DNA of 62,856 bases, filler included, from Eubacteriales bacterium (GTDB lineage Bacteria > Bacillota > Clostridia > Oscillospirales > CAG-382): the NCBI GenBank assembly GCA_045636665.1. It is 4 parts of 3 records of this genome, joined end to end, with 100 filler letters (N's around TTAATTAATTAA, not from the genome) between each part and the next. Parts side by side here need not be neighbours in the genome. Positions count along the whole stretch, not along the records: positions 1 to 29,699 come from JAZTXY010000081.1; 3 more parts are not named here. One strand, 5' to 3'. The position numbers and the translations under genes were made by a program. The notes beneath the pieces were generated by a model that made no database searches, had not been told where the DNA came from, and worked only from the letters and a program-made list of their open reading frames with translations. Positions 10,040 through 19,521 of the stretch are shown here, in pieces. Position 1 is the first letter of the stretch. Every line of letters begins with the position of its first letter.

Positions 10040-10068
10040 TTGACAATTTGTTAATTGCATTGTAAAAT
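10040..10068 (+). promoter_or_regulatory. Sigma-A promoter for galM
   Basis: TTGACA-17 nt-TAAAAT. Confidence 0.65.
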
Positions 10069-10096
10069 TAGGTTAGTTGCTATATGAGGTGAAGAT

Positions 10097-11065
10097 ATGG
10101 AAAAATATATTATTAAGAACGAAAATATCAGTGTGACCGTGCTTACTCTCGGCGCGATAATTCAAGGGATCAATGCGTTCGGCGTTGACCTTACGGCAGG
10201 ATATGCGACCGAGGAGGAATATTTTAAGGATACCTGTTATTTCGGCGGACTTGTCGGAAGAACCGCGAACCGTTGCGGAAGCGAGCAGTATATCGGCGAA
10301 AACAAATATATTCTTCCGCTTAACGAAAAGGGAATAAACCATCTTCACGGCGGTATGCAGGGCTTTAATTTAAAGCGCTTTTCGGTAATTTCGCACAGCG
10401 AGGACAGCATAACGCTTAACTATCTTTCCCCCGACGGGGAGGAGGGCTATCCCGGCAACCTTGACGTAACGGTTACCTATTCGATCAAGGGCGATTCGCT
10501 TGTTATTTCTTATAAGGCAACGACCGATAAGCCCACTTGGGTAAATCTTACCAACCATTCTTATTTCAATCCGTTCGGCATAAACAACAAGGCGGGTGCA
10601 CGTATCGGCGGCGCCTTGATAGAGGTATATGCCGATCAGGTTTCTGTCTACGATGAAAACACAAGAGTCATTGGAAGAAAATCTGTCGAGGGGACCGAAT
10701 TCGACCTTCGCGAAAAGTACTTGATCACCCGCTATTACGATCACAATTTCTATCTTTCGGGCGATGAATACGATGCCTTTTGCGGAAAGAGCTTGCGCAA
10801 GGCGGCAACGGTAAGGGGAAGCATCAATATCGAATGCTTTACCGATATGCCGTGTATGCAGCTTTACTGCGGCGAATTTATTCCCGAAAACACAACCCTT
10901 ACCGACGGCACCGTTATCGGCAGTGGCGCGGCGCTTTGCTTGGAAACTCAATTAGAGCCGAATATTCAAGCGCGTGGAGAGGGAATATTCACACCCGAAA
11001 AGCCGTTTATATCGTCGACGGCATACAGATTTTCGGTCGGAAACATAAGCATTGTAGAAAAATAA
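10097..11065 (+). CDS. galM: Aldose 1-epimerase (galactose mutarotase)
   Basis: GRTANR, HLHGG, EEGYPGNL, NLTNHSYFN, YDHNF, CLETQ motifs. Confidence 0.92.
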   Translation: MEKYIIKNENISVTVLTLGAIIQGINAFGVDLTAGYATEEEYFKDTCYFGGLVGRTANRCGSEQYIGENKYILPLNEKGINHLHGGMQGFNLKRFSVISHSEDSITLNYLSPDGEEGYPGNLDVTVTYSIKGDSLVISYKATTDKPTWVNLTNHSYFNPFGINNKAGARIGGALIEVYADQVSVYDENTRVIGRKSVEGTEFDLREKYLITRYYDHNFYLSGDEYDAFCGKSLRKAATVRGSINIECFTDMPCMQLYCGEFIPENTTLTDGTVIGSGAALCLETQLEPNIQARGEGIFTPEKPFISSTAYRFSVGNISIVEK

Positions 11066-11120
11066 CTAAAAATTTTCGATGTTTTTTGAAATTTTCGTTG
11101 GGTTTAAGTTTTTATTCCTG

Positions 11121-11149
11121 TTGAAAAATAGGAAATAATATGATATAAT
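11121..11149 (+). promoter_or_regulatory. Sigma-A promoter for guaB
   Basis: TTGAAA-17 nt-TATAAT with TG extension. Confidence 0.6.
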
Positions 11150-11197
11150 GCTTCCTAATATAGATAATTAACTTTTGCAATATAAAGGAGTCAAGCT

Positions 11198-12709
11198 ATG
11201 GCAACGTATTTACAGGAATCACATACTTTCAGCGAGTACCTTTTAGTACCCGGTTATTCGTCGGCGGAGTGCATTCCCGCAAACGTAAGTCTTCGTACAC
11301 CGGTAACCAAGTTCCGCAAAGGCGTGGAAGAACCTGCGGTTTCGCTTAACATTCCGCTTGTGTCTGCTATTATGCAATCGGTTTCCGATGATAAAATGGC
11401 TATCGCACTTGCAAAGGAAGGCGGACTTTCGTTCATTTACGGTTCTCAGACTATCGAAAACGAAGCGGCTATGGTTCGCCGTGTAAAATCGCACAAGGCG
11501 GGCTTTGTAGTTTCGGATTCCAACCTTCGTGTTGACAATACGCTTGCAGACGTTATTGCTCTTACCGAAAAGAACGGTCACTCTACCATAGCAATCACCG
11601 AAGACGGTACACCCAACGGCAAGCTTATGGGTATCGTTACCTCGCGCGATTACCGCGTTTCGCGTATGGCGAAGGACGTTAAGGTTTCGGAATTTATGAC
11701 TCCCTTCTCCAAGCTCGTTTATGCTTACGAGGGAACCACTCTTAAAGAAGCAAACGATATTATTTGGGACAACAAGCTCAATTCGCTTCCCATTATCGAT
11801 AAAGACGGCAAGCTTTGCTATTTCGTATTCCGCAAGGACTATGCATTCCACAAGGAAAATCCGCTTGAGCTTCTCGACTCGCAAAAGCGTTATATGGTCG
11901 GCGCAGGTATCAACACCCGTGACTATGAAGAACGCGTTCCCGCACTCGTTGAAGCAGGCGCAGACGTGCTTTGTATGGACTCCTCCGAAGGCTTTTCGGA
12001 ATGGCAGGCTCGTACTCTTAAATGGATCCGTGAAAAATACGGCGACACCGTAAAGGTTGGCGCAGGTAACGTTGTTGACCGCGACGGCTTTATGTTCCTT
12101 GCAGAAGCAGGCGCAGACTTTATTAAAATCGGTATCGGCGGCGGTTCGATTTGTATCACCCGTGAACAAAAGGGTATCGGCAGAGGTCAGGCAACCGCAG
12201 TTATCGAGGTAGCCGCTGCGCGTGACGAATATTTTGAAAAGACAGGTATTTACATTCCTATCTGCTCCGACGGCGGTATCGTTCACGATTACCACGTTAC
12301 TCTTGCACTTGCAATGGGCTCGGATTTCATTATGCTCGGCAGATATTTCTCGCGCTTTGATGAATCGCCCACAAACAAGGTCAACATCAACGGCACGTTT
12401 ATGAAGGAATATTGGGGCGAAGGCTCTGCGCGTGCGCGTAACTGGCAACGTTATGATATGGGCGGCGACAAAAAGCTTTCCTTTGAAGAAGGCGTCGATT
12501 CCTACGTTCCCTATGCAGGTCCTCTTAAGGACAACGTTGGTCTTACCTTGTCCAAGGTTCGCCACACAATGTGCAACTGCGGTGCGCTTTCTATTCCTGA
12601 TCTTCAAAAGAACGCAAAAATCACCCTCGTTTCCGCAACCTCGATTATCGAAGGCGGCGCACACGACGTTCTTCTTAAGGATAACACCACTGCAACCACA
12701 AGAAAATAA
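11198..12709 (+). CDS. guaB: IMP dehydrogenase (with CBS pair)
   Basis: Catalytic loop [37 protein letters not shown]. Confidence 0.97.
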   Translation: MATYLQESHTFSEYLLVPGYSSAECIPANVSLRTPVTKFRKGVEEPAVSLNIPLVSAIMQSVSDDKMAIALAKEGGLSFIYGSQTIENEAAMVRRVKSHKAGFVVSDSNLRVDNTLADVIALTEKNGHSTIAITEDGTPNGKLMGIVTSRDYRVSRMAKDVKVSEFMTPFSKLVYAYEGTTLKEANDIIWDNKLNSLPIIDKDGKLCYFVFRKDYAFHKENPLELLDSQKRYMVGAGINTRDYEERVPALVEAGADVLCMDSSEGFSEWQARTLKWIREKYGDTVKVGAGNVVDRDGFMFLAEAGADFIKIGIGGGSICITREQKGIGRGQATAVIEVAAARDEYFEKTGIYIPICSDGGIVHDYHVTLALAMGSDFIMLGRYFSRFDESPTNKVNINGTFMKEYWGEGSARARNWQRYDMGGDKKLSFEEGVDSYVPYAGPLKDNVGLTLSKVRHTMCNCGALSIPDLQKNAKITLVSATSIIEGGAHDVLLKDNTTATTRK

Positions 12710-12717
12710 TTATAACG

Positions 12718-12751
12718 AAAAAAACGCTTTCCGTTTTGGAAAGCGTTTTTA
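12718..12751. terminator. Bidirectional terminator between convergent genes
   Basis: AAAACGCTTTCC/GGAAAGCGTTTT stem with A and T tracts on both sides. Confidence 0.8.
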
Positions 12752-12761
12752 TTATCGTTTT

Positions 12762-13154
12762 TTATAAAAAGAAGCGGACCGTTCCGAGTATCAAATAGCA
12801 TACGGCGAAAACGACCACCGCCTGCCACGTCGCCATAATTTTTACTGCGCGGCGTGCGAAATTAAGCTTGAAAAGCGATAAATTAAGAAAAACGAACAGT
12901 AAAATAACGTAAATTATAGTGAAGAAATATAACGGATTGAGTGAAAGCGATTCCGCAAAATTACCGCTGAAAAATTGGAAAACGCATCTTGTACCGCCGC
13001 AGCTCGGACATTGAATCCCGAAATTGCGAACGAAAAAGCAATCGGGGAAGGTGTCGATCATAAGCTTTGCGATGCTTTTAAGGGTAAATATGCCGATAAG
13101 CGCAAGTGCATCAAGCACCGATACCGTAATTAAGTATTTTCTTTCTTTTGTCAT
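12762..13154 (-). CDS. DUF2752 domain membrane protein
   Basis: C..GIQCPSCGGTR motif, SLNPL and TM helices. Confidence 0.88.
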   Translation of the reverse strand: MTKERKYLITVSVLDALALIGIFTLKSIAKLMIDTFPDCFFVRNFGIQCPSCGGTRCVFQFFSGNFAESLSLNPLYFFTIIYVILLFVFLNLSLFKLNFARRAVKIMATWQAVVVFAVCYLILGTVRFFL

Positions 13155-13783
13155 AACACTTCTTTAAACTCAATACTTTTATTTTCGTTTTCGCTGTAAA
13201 TCGACAGCATAAACCCGTTTTCGCAAAAGGTTTTACAGTTGCGCTTTATATCCTTATAAGAAACGGTGCGCAGACCGATAATGCCAATCCCGACAAATTT
13301 AAAATACGCCTCTTTTGCCGTCCAGACGGTGAAAAGCTTTTTCAATATTTCATCGTTCGGTGTGATTTCGTCAAGATTTGGCTCTTTTTCGCCGAAAATA
13401 TATTCACGGTCGAAATCGGTGCAGGCAATACGCGTTATCCGCATTTCAACGTCGCGTATTTTTTCGATATCGATGCCGACGTTTTGTCCGTCAACCGCGC
13501 AAATGACGATATCACCGCAATGGCTTACGTTGAAAAACGCATCGCCGTTGACACAAAGCGGCTTGCCCTTTTCGGTACGGGTAAAAGCTATTTCTTCTTC
13601 ACTGCAATTCAAAAGCTCTGAAATACCCAACCTTGCGAGCGATTCGCCCAAAACGCTTCTGCGTCTGTCGTTTTCAATACGCATTCTGTTTACCGCCGTT
13701 TTTCGGCTTTCGTCCATCATCGAAAAGCAACGGTCGTATTCCTCGGCTGTGAAATTGCTAAGTCTTTTATAATAGATCTTCAT
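13151..13783 (-). CDS. Sfp-type 4'-phosphopantetheinyl transferase
   Basis: GKP, FNVSH, VGIDIE, WTAKEAYFK motifs. Confidence 0.92.
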   Translation of the reverse strand: MKIYYKRLSNFTAEEYDRCFSMMDESRKTAVNRMRIENDRRRSVLGESLARLGISELLNCSEEEIAFTRTEKGKPLCVNGDAFFNVSHCGDIVICAVDGQNVGIDIEKIRDVEMRITRIACTDFDREYIFGEKEPNLDEITPNDEILKKLFTVWTAKEAYFKFVGIGIIGLRTVSYKDIKRNCKTFCENGFMLSIYSENENKSIEFKEVL

Positions 13784-13822
13784 AATATGTAAAAAGGTAG
13801 CTTTTAACTACCTTTTCCTTTT

Positions 13823-14221
13823 TTATTTATTTTCCTTTTTGCTTTTGGAAAACGATTTGAACGCTTCGGTGATTTTGGCAATAAGACCTGCCTTGCCGTC
13901 CTTGGGTACGGCATCAACGGTAATCACTCTTGCTTCGCCCTCCTTAATAACAAGGAACGAAACGGGAGTAACCGTAATCTTCGCGCCCGAGCCTGCAGGA
14001 GTGTTTGATTTTTTAACGGTTGCATTTACCATATTGGCGCCGCCGCCCGCAAAGCCTGCCGAAATCTTCGAAACGGGAATGATAGTCATTCCGTCGATAA
14101 CCGTAGCTTCGCCCAAAACCGAGCCGGCATCTGCCATTTCCATTGCCTTGTCTGCCGTAAAGGACATTAATTGCATTAAATTTTCGGCAGCAGTTGCCTT
14201 CTTTATTTCGTTACTGTTCAT
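13823..14221 (-). CDS. ytfJ: GerW/YtfJ family sporulation protein
   Basis: IIPVSKISAGFAGGG, GSGAKITVTPVSFLV; ATG 14221 with RBS GGAGG. Confidence 0.88.
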   Translation of the reverse strand: MNSNEIKKATAAENLMQLMSFTADKAMEMADAGSVLGEATVIDGMTIIPVSKISAGFAGGGANMVNATVKKSNTPAGSGAKITVTPVSFLVIKEGEARVITVDAVPKDGKAGLIAKITEAFKSFSKSKKENK

Positions 14222-14861
14222 TCGTTGCCTCCGTTTGTTCGTTTGCAATACCGCTTGCGCCCTTTATTAAAGCGCGTATGATATGGATAATACGTAATTT
14301 TGCGATTATTTTCGTGCCGAAATATGCTTCGTTTTCAAAATCACAACCGATATTTACGTTAAGCGCTTTTTCCGCATCCTTGAAATTCGTTTCCAAATAT
14401 CCGATAAAGGGATAAACGGTCGAGCACACGACACCGTATTCAATCGCCGCATCTGCGGCATCGCTTCCTCCGCAGATAACGTCAAGCCCCAAATGCTTAA
14501 GCTTGATTTTTTTCACCAACCATAAAGCCGAATCCGCAAGCAGCATAAAAACCGTTACGAATCCCGTTACCTTGTCGGAAATATTTTCTTTTTTGTTTTT
14601 TTCGTCATCGGCTTGAGCAACGCTCTTGTCAAGTCCGAAAAGCTTTTTGAAATATCTGCCTATTCCGTTCGATTTTTTTGCGGATTTTTTCTTTTTGGGC
14701 TTATTTAAATCAAAAACCGTAAAGAAAAGCAATTTAACCTTCAATTCGGGTCGGTCTTGCGTGTTGAAGGAGAAGGAAACCTTTATGCACGAAAAAAGCA
14801 GAACAACAATCAGTGCAATTATTACGGCAAGCAGGATGCCGATGATAGCCAATACCGTCAA
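14211..14861 (-). CDS. DUF2953 domain protein (YtfI-like)
   Basis: N-terminal TM, GGSDAADAAIEYG motif, upstream of ytfJ; TTG start with RBS AAGGAGG. Confidence 0.82.
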   Translation of the reverse strand: MTVLAIIGILLAVIIALIVVLLFSCIKVSFSFNTQDRPELKVKLLFFTVFDLNKPKKKKSAKKSNGIGRYFKKLFGLDKSVAQADDEKNKKENISDKVTGFVTVFMLLADSALWLVKKIKLKHLGLDVICGGSDAADAAIEYGVVCSTVYPFIGYLETNFKDAEKALNVNIGCDFENEAYFGTKIIAKLRIIHIIRALIKGASGIANEQTEATNEQ

Positions 14862-14975
14862 AAAGCGCTCCTCCTTATCGAAAATATTGCTTCAATATTG
14901 TAACCCATAATATTCTAACATATTCTTTTTGAAATTGCAATAAAAAAACTTGCTTGGCGCAAGTTCTTTTGAAAA

Positions 14976-15575
14976 TTATACGGTTTTGTTGTATTTGCTC
15001 ATCGCAAGGTCGAAATTGCCGCAAACGATTTGCTCAACCGCCAAGGTCACGTTTTCAATAGCGCTTTGAAGCGCTTCACCCTCTTCGTCCTTAAAAAGAC
15101 TTAAAACCCAATCGACCATCGGGGTTTCCTCGGGGCGCTTTCCTGCGCCGACCTTGATACGCGGAAATTCCTGCGTTCCGAGGTTTTCGATAATATCGTT
15201 AACGCCCTTTTGACCGCCCGAGCTTCCGCTTTTGCGAATACGCACACTGCCGACGTTAAACGAAACGTCATCGGCGATAACAAGCAATCTTTCGGGTGCG
15301 ATGCCGTGAAATTCAAGCGCTTGAATTGCCGCGTATCCGCTGTTGTTCATAAAGGTTTGGGGCTTTAAAAGAAGACAGTCGTGTCCGCCTATCTTGCAGT
15401 ATGCACCGAGCGAATCGAAGATTTTTTTGTTTATCTCAACGCCTGCCTTTTCGGCAATGCGGTCGATGCACAAAAAGCCCGCGTTGTGACGTGTGTATTC
15501 ATATTTCTTACCCGGGTTTCCAAGCCCGATTATCACCCATTCGGGCGTGATTTTTTCCTTTTTCTTAAAAAGCAT
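14976..15575 (-). CDS. pth: Aminoacyl-tRNA (peptidyl-tRNA) hydrolase
   Basis: IGLGNPG..Y..TRHNAGF, LKPQTFMNNSG, GSSGGQKG motifs. Confidence 0.95.
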   Translation of the reverse strand: MLFKKKEKITPEWVIIGLGNPGKKYEYTRHNAGFLCIDRIAEKAGVEINKKIFDSLGAYCKIGGHDCLLLKPQTFMNNSGYAAIQALEFHGIAPERLLVIADDVSFNVGSVRIRKSGSSGGQKGVNDIIENLGTQEFPRIKVGAGKRPEETPMVDWVLSLFKDEEGEALQSAIENVTLAVEQIVCGNFDLAMSKYNKTV

Positions 15576-15674
15576 TTTAATGCATCCTTTTGTGATTTGA
15601 ACCTATTATAACAAAGAAACAGTTATATTTCAAGTGGGTTTGGGAAGGAAATAAATCAATGGCGGCTTTGTCGG

Positions 15675-17627
15675 TTATTGCTTTTTAGTCTTTTTTGCAC
15701 AAAAAGGACAGCCTTTTGAATTCCATCTGCTAAGTATGGTAGCTTGCCATTCACTGTTGCATTTTTTGCATTTCCACCATACATTTTCGCCAGAAGTTTT
15801 TGGTATAGCATAAGGATCGATGGTATTCTTATCAAAGTTCCATTCCGCAAGCAAATGCGTACAATGTTCGCCAAAAGAACCATTCTTTTTTACTATTGTC
15901 TCTTGGAAAGCTTTGAGTTTTACCTTTTTAATACATTCGGGACAGTGTTGGGCAGATAAACGAGATGAAATGCTTGCTATATATTCATAGCCACATTTGG
16001 AGCATTTCCACCATACTTTTTTGCTAGAACCGTGGGAAACATTTTGTGGCGTAACATCGGTGTTCTTTTCAAAATCCCATTCGCCAATACAGTGGGGGTG
16101 GGTAGTCGCTAGGTCGTTTTTTCCTGCAACAATAACTCTATTTGCACAACAGGGACAACCAGAATTGTTTTTAGTACGTTTAGAAACAGCAGTTTTCCAT
16201 CTGTGATTACATTTTCTGCATACCCACCAAGCCTTATATGAGCTTCCTGCAATGAGATTGTTCGGATCAATAGTATTGTTTTCGAAGTCCCATTCTGATA
16301 GCAATTCGGGATGCGTTTTTGCGATACTACCTTGTGTTTTTAAATTACTAGCTATTCTTTGCAATCCTCGTTCTACTCGAGCACATTTTGGACAATTTGT
16401 ATGGTCGTGTCCCGTTCTTTCGCAGATTGCGGTCAACCATTCATATCCACATTTGTGACATATCCACCACACTTTTTCGTTTGAGCCAGAATGGAACATA
16501 TTAGGCGTTAAAGATCCGTTTTTGGTATAATTCCATTCGGCACAGATTTCTGGATATTGTTCTAATAGTGAACTGTCGGTGGCTGTTAAATAAGACAATA
16601 TTTGATGTCGATCGGCTTTAATATTGGGTGATGCTGTTTTTCCAAATATTTTAAATAAATCGCATATTGCCTTATCGAGACTCTCCGCTTTTGTGTTTAG
16701 AATATTGATTTTGTGGTCGCAGATTGATGAGGATTTGTCAATAATTGCATCTGTTATGCGGATAAGGCGTATGCCTTTTTGTTTACACGCATTATATTTT
16801 TTTGCATCTCGAATTTGAGTTTGTTCGGTTTGGTGGTATAATTTTCCATCAAATTCGATGCCGATATTTAGAGAGGGTATATATATATCCAGCTCCATTG
16901 ATTTTGAATCGAATATTCCTTTATATCTGTTTATTGCATCTGGAAACTCGTTTTTGATGTAATAATAAATTGCTTGCTCAGGGAATGAAGTGCGTCTCCT
17001 TGATGAGCATATTGGGCAGTTTGGCGCAATAAAATGAGCATCAATTTTACGTTGGAATTCATGCCCGTTTTTGCATATCCACCAAACTTTTCTTCCGCTT
17101 CCGTAAGTAAGCATTTGTGGTGTTAATTCTCCGTTTTTTGTTGGGTGCCACATTTCAGCAAACCATGGATGAGTTGTGGCTAAGTCGTTTTTGCCCACAA
17201 CTACCATTTTGTTAGAGCATACAGGACAACCTATACCTTTGCTACGGTTTTTAATGACAGATTCCCACTCGTGTCCATTTTTACATATCCACCAAGTCTT
17301 TTTATGGCTACCATTAGTTACTTGCTGAGGTGTGATATTGCCATTCTTTGTGGGATGCCATTCTTTTGCTAAGTCGGGATTTGTTGTTGCTAGATCGTTT
17401 TCTCCCACAATGGGAAGCTGCCGAGCACAATAGGGACAACCGCGATTTAAACGAACGCGATTGCTGATATTCGCTTCCCAAGAGTGATTTCTTTTGCAAA
17501 TCCACCATGCTTTTTTGTGGGTGCCATATGTAATATTAATTGGCGAAATGCCGAGTTTGTTGTTCTTTTCCCAATCCCATTCCGCCATGATATCTGGATT
17601 GTCAATTATATATTTTTTATCCGACAT
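15675..17627 (-). CDS. Zinc-ribbon (treble-clef, DUF4379-like) repeat protein with central Vsr/DUF559-like endonuclease domain
   Basis: Seven EW..KN..P..GS.KK.WW.C..(H/C)..W..R..CP.C repeats; central TSFPEQ..ELDIYIPSLNIGIEFDGKLYH..RD..K..C..GIRLIRI; AT-rich codon usage; start ATG 17627 (TTG 17654 alternative). Confidence 0.85.
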   Translation of the reverse strand: MSDKKYIIDNPDIMAEWDWEKNNKLGISPINITYGTHKKAWWICKRNHSWEANISNRVRLNRGCPYCARQLPIVGENDLATTNPDLAKEWHPTKNGNITPQQVTNGSHKKTWWICKNGHEWESVIKNRSKGIGCPVCSNKMVVVGKNDLATTHPWFAEMWHPTKNGELTPQMLTYGSGRKVWWICKNGHEFQRKIDAHFIAPNCPICSSRRRTSFPEQAIYYYIKNEFPDAINRYKGIFDSKSMELDIYIPSLNIGIEFDGKLYHQTEQTQIRDAKKYNACKQKGIRLIRITDAIIDKSSSICDHKINILNTKAESLDKAICDLFKIFGKTASPNIKADRHQILSYLTATDSSLLEQYPEICAEWNYTKNGSLTPNMFHSGSNEKVWWICHKCGYEWLTAICERTGHDHTNCPKCARVERGLQRIASNLKTQGSIAKTHPELLSEWDFENNTIDPNNLIAGSSYKAWWVCRKCNHRWKTAVSKRTKNNSGCPCCANRVIVAGKNDLATTHPHCIGEWDFEKNTDVTPQNVSHGSSKKVWWKCSKCGYEYIASISSRLSAQHCPECIKKVKLKAFQETIVKKNGSFGEHCTHLLAEWNFDKNTIDPYAIPKTSGENVWWKCKKCNSEWQATILSRWNSKGCPFCAKKTKKQ

Positions 17628-17657
17628 AGCTACACCTGTATATAATGATATCAAACA

Positions 17658-17686
17658 ATTATAACATAAGTGTTGATGTTAATCAA
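17658..17686 (-). promoter_or_regulatory. Putative sigma-A promoter of the zinc-ribbon nuclease gene
   Basis: Minus strand TTGATT-17 nt-TATAAT with extended TG. Confidence 0.55.
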
Positions 17687-17756
17687 TCGTTTGCGCGCCA
17701 AATCTTATGCGAATGAAATATGATAAAAAACAAAATCCGCCTATATCAATGTAGGA

Positions 17757-17939
17757 TTTTATTTGGCACCCGCAACGGGAATCGCCCGCTTGCGAGCGGA
17801 GCGGTGGCGCAGTCTTAAAAACCCCATAAAACAAGTTTTATGGGGACCCCAGATACCCCCCGGACTGTCATTCAACACGCGCCCTTCGATTCCCGATTAC
17901 ACAATACGAAACAAAAGAAGATGGAACAAATCCATCTTC
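17757..17939 (-). repeat. 183-bp palindromic unit at the tRNA-Arg 3' end, ending in a degenerate duplicate of the tRNA 3' end (att-like)
   Basis: TTTTATTTGGCACCCGCAACGGGAATCG (17757-17784) matches 17940-17967 at 25/28 nt; inverted T-arm copy TTCGATTCCCG at 17885-17895; nested hairpins. Confidence 0.75.
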
Positions 17940-17943
17940 TTTT
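17913..17943 (-). terminator. Terminator of tRNA-Arg
   Basis: AAAAGAAGATGGA/TCCATCTTCTTTT stem immediately after CCA. Confidence 0.75.
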
Positions 17944-17946
17944 ATT

Positions 17947-18021
17947 TGGCACCCCCGGCGGGAATCGAACCCACGACTAATCCTTAGGAGGGACTTGTAA
18001 TATCCACTTTACTACGGGGGC
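17947..18021 (-). tRNA. tRNA-Arg(CCT)
   Basis: Reverse complement GCCCCCGTAGTAAAGTGGATATTACAAGTCCCTCCTAAGGATTAGTCGTGGGTTCGATTCCCGCCGGGGGTGCCA: cloverleaf, anticodon loop CTCCTAA, GTTCGA T-loop, encoded CCA. Confidence 0.96.
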
Positions 18022-18033
18022 GTAACCTTTGAT

Positions 18034-18062
18034 ATTTTAATGCCCACGCACATTTTTGTCAA
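18034..18062 (-). promoter_or_regulatory. Sigma-A promoter of tRNA-Arg
   Basis: Minus strand TTGACA-17 nt-TAAAAT, 12 nt upstream of the tRNA. Confidence 0.7.
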
Positions 18063-18191
18063 GACCTTATGGGCAAATTGTGCATATTATTACAGTAAGA
18101 GCATCAGGTTTGTTGAAAAGGGGTATTGAAATTTGCGAAAGCTTGTGATAAAATACTACCGAAAATATTATAAAATGCGGAAATGTGGCTT

Positions 18192-19520
18192 ATGAAAACA
18201 TTATTCGAGAGAAAAGTAGTTAAATTCGGCGGCAGCTCGCTTGCATCTGCCGAGCAATTCGTTAAAAGCGCAAATATTATCAAGGCGGAATCGGTCCGTC
18301 GTTTTGTCGTGCCCAGCGCACCCGGCAAACGCTTTGACGGCGATACCAAGGTCACCGACCTTCTTATCACCTGCCATAAACAAAGCGTTTCTTCCGAAAA
18401 TTGGGAAGCAACCTTTGATAAGATCGAAGAAAGATACAACGATATTATCAAGGGCCTTGGTCTTTCGACCGATTTGAGCAATGAATATGCAAAAATCAGA
18501 AAAGCACTTGCCGAAGGAACGACGCTTGATTACACAGCTTCTCGCGGTGAATATTTAAACGGCATTATTCTTGCCGATTATATCGGTTATGAATTCATTG
18601 ATGCCGCAGAGGTCATTTTCTTCGATGAAAACGGCAAATTCGATGCAAATACCACCAACACGATTATGTCGCAACGCCTTTCGGGCAAGCGTAATGCCGT
18701 TATCCCCGGCTTCTACGGCTCTAATCCCGACGGAACTATCAAAACCTTCTCACGCGGGGGCAGTGATATTACCGGCGCGATAGTTGCACGTGCGGTTATG
18801 GCAGATATTTATGAAAACTGGACCGACGTTTCGGGCTTCTTGATGTGCGACCCGAGAATCGTTGATAATCCCCGTCCTATTTCGATAATCACCTATCGCG
18901 AGCTTCGTGAGCTTTCTTATATGGGCGCGTCGGTGCTTCATGAAGACAGCATTTTCCCCGTTAAGCTTGCAAGTATTCCGATAAATATCCGTAACACCAA
19001 CCGTCCCGAGGATGCGGGTACTCTTATCGTTACCTCGACAGACGGATATAAGACCGAGGATATCATCACCGGTATCGCAGGTAAAAAGGGCTTTTCGGTC
19101 ATCCGTATCGAAAAGGATATGATGAACTCCGAGCCCGGCTTCGGTATGCGTGTGCTTAAGGTGTTCGCAGACCTCAACATCAACTTCGAGCATATCCCCT
19201 CGGGTATCGATACAATGTGCGTAGTCGTTAATACCGACGACGTAAAGGGCAGAGAATACGATATCGCATCGTCGATTCAAAAGTCGGTTAATCCCGACCA
19301 CATCCATATCGACAACAAGATGGGACTCGTTGCGGTCGTTGGCCGTAATATGGCGGGTCAGCCCGGTACTGCGGCGCGTGTTTTCAGTGCGCTTGCAAGA
19401 AAGAACATCAACATCCGTATGATTGACCAAGGCTCGAGCGAGCTTAACATCATCATCGGTGTCGATGATAGCTCGTTTACAAGAGCTATAAAGGCGATTT
19501 ACAAGGAATTCTGCAACTGA
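18192..19520 (+). CDS. lysC: Aspartate kinase with two ACT domains
   Basis: VVKFGGSSLA, VVPSAPG, SRGE, TFSRGGSD, ENWTDVSG motifs. Confidence 0.94.
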   Translation: MKTLFERKVVKFGGSSLASAEQFVKSANIIKAESVRRFVVPSAPGKRFDGDTKVTDLLITCHKQSVSSENWEATFDKIEERYNDIIKGLGLSTDLSNEYAKIRKALAEGTTLDYTASRGEYLNGIILADYIGYEFIDAAEVIFFDENGKFDANTTNTIMSQRLSGKRNAVIPGFYGSNPDGTIKTFSRGGSDITGAIVARAVMADIYENWTDVSGFLMCDPRIVDNPRPISIITYRELRELSYMGASVLHEDSIFPVKLASIPINIRNTNRPEDAGTLIVTSTDGYKTEDIITGIAGKKGFSVIRIEKDMMNSEPGFGMRVLKVFADLNINFEHIPSGIDTMCVVVNTDDVKGREYDIASSIQKSVNPDHIHIDNKMGLVAVVGRNMAGQPGTAARVFSALARKNINIRMIDQGSSELNIIIGVDDSSFTRAIKAIYKEFCN

Positions 19521-19521
19521 T

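Noticed and set aside
15675..17627. Periodic DNA similarity that might suggest a CRISPR or DGR template/variable repeat pair
   Set aside because: The similarity comes from protein-level zinc-ribbon repeats. There are no identical spaced repeats, no cas genes and no reverse transcriptase in the window.
17764..17895. A second tRNA gene or tmRNA
   Set aside because: Only the T-arm/acceptor 3' strand is tRNA-like. No matching 5' acceptor strand, D-arm, anticodon arm or tag reading frame was found.
18063..18191. Possible lysine riboswitch upstream of lysC
   Set aside because: The region is short, holds divergent promoters and shows no L-box features.
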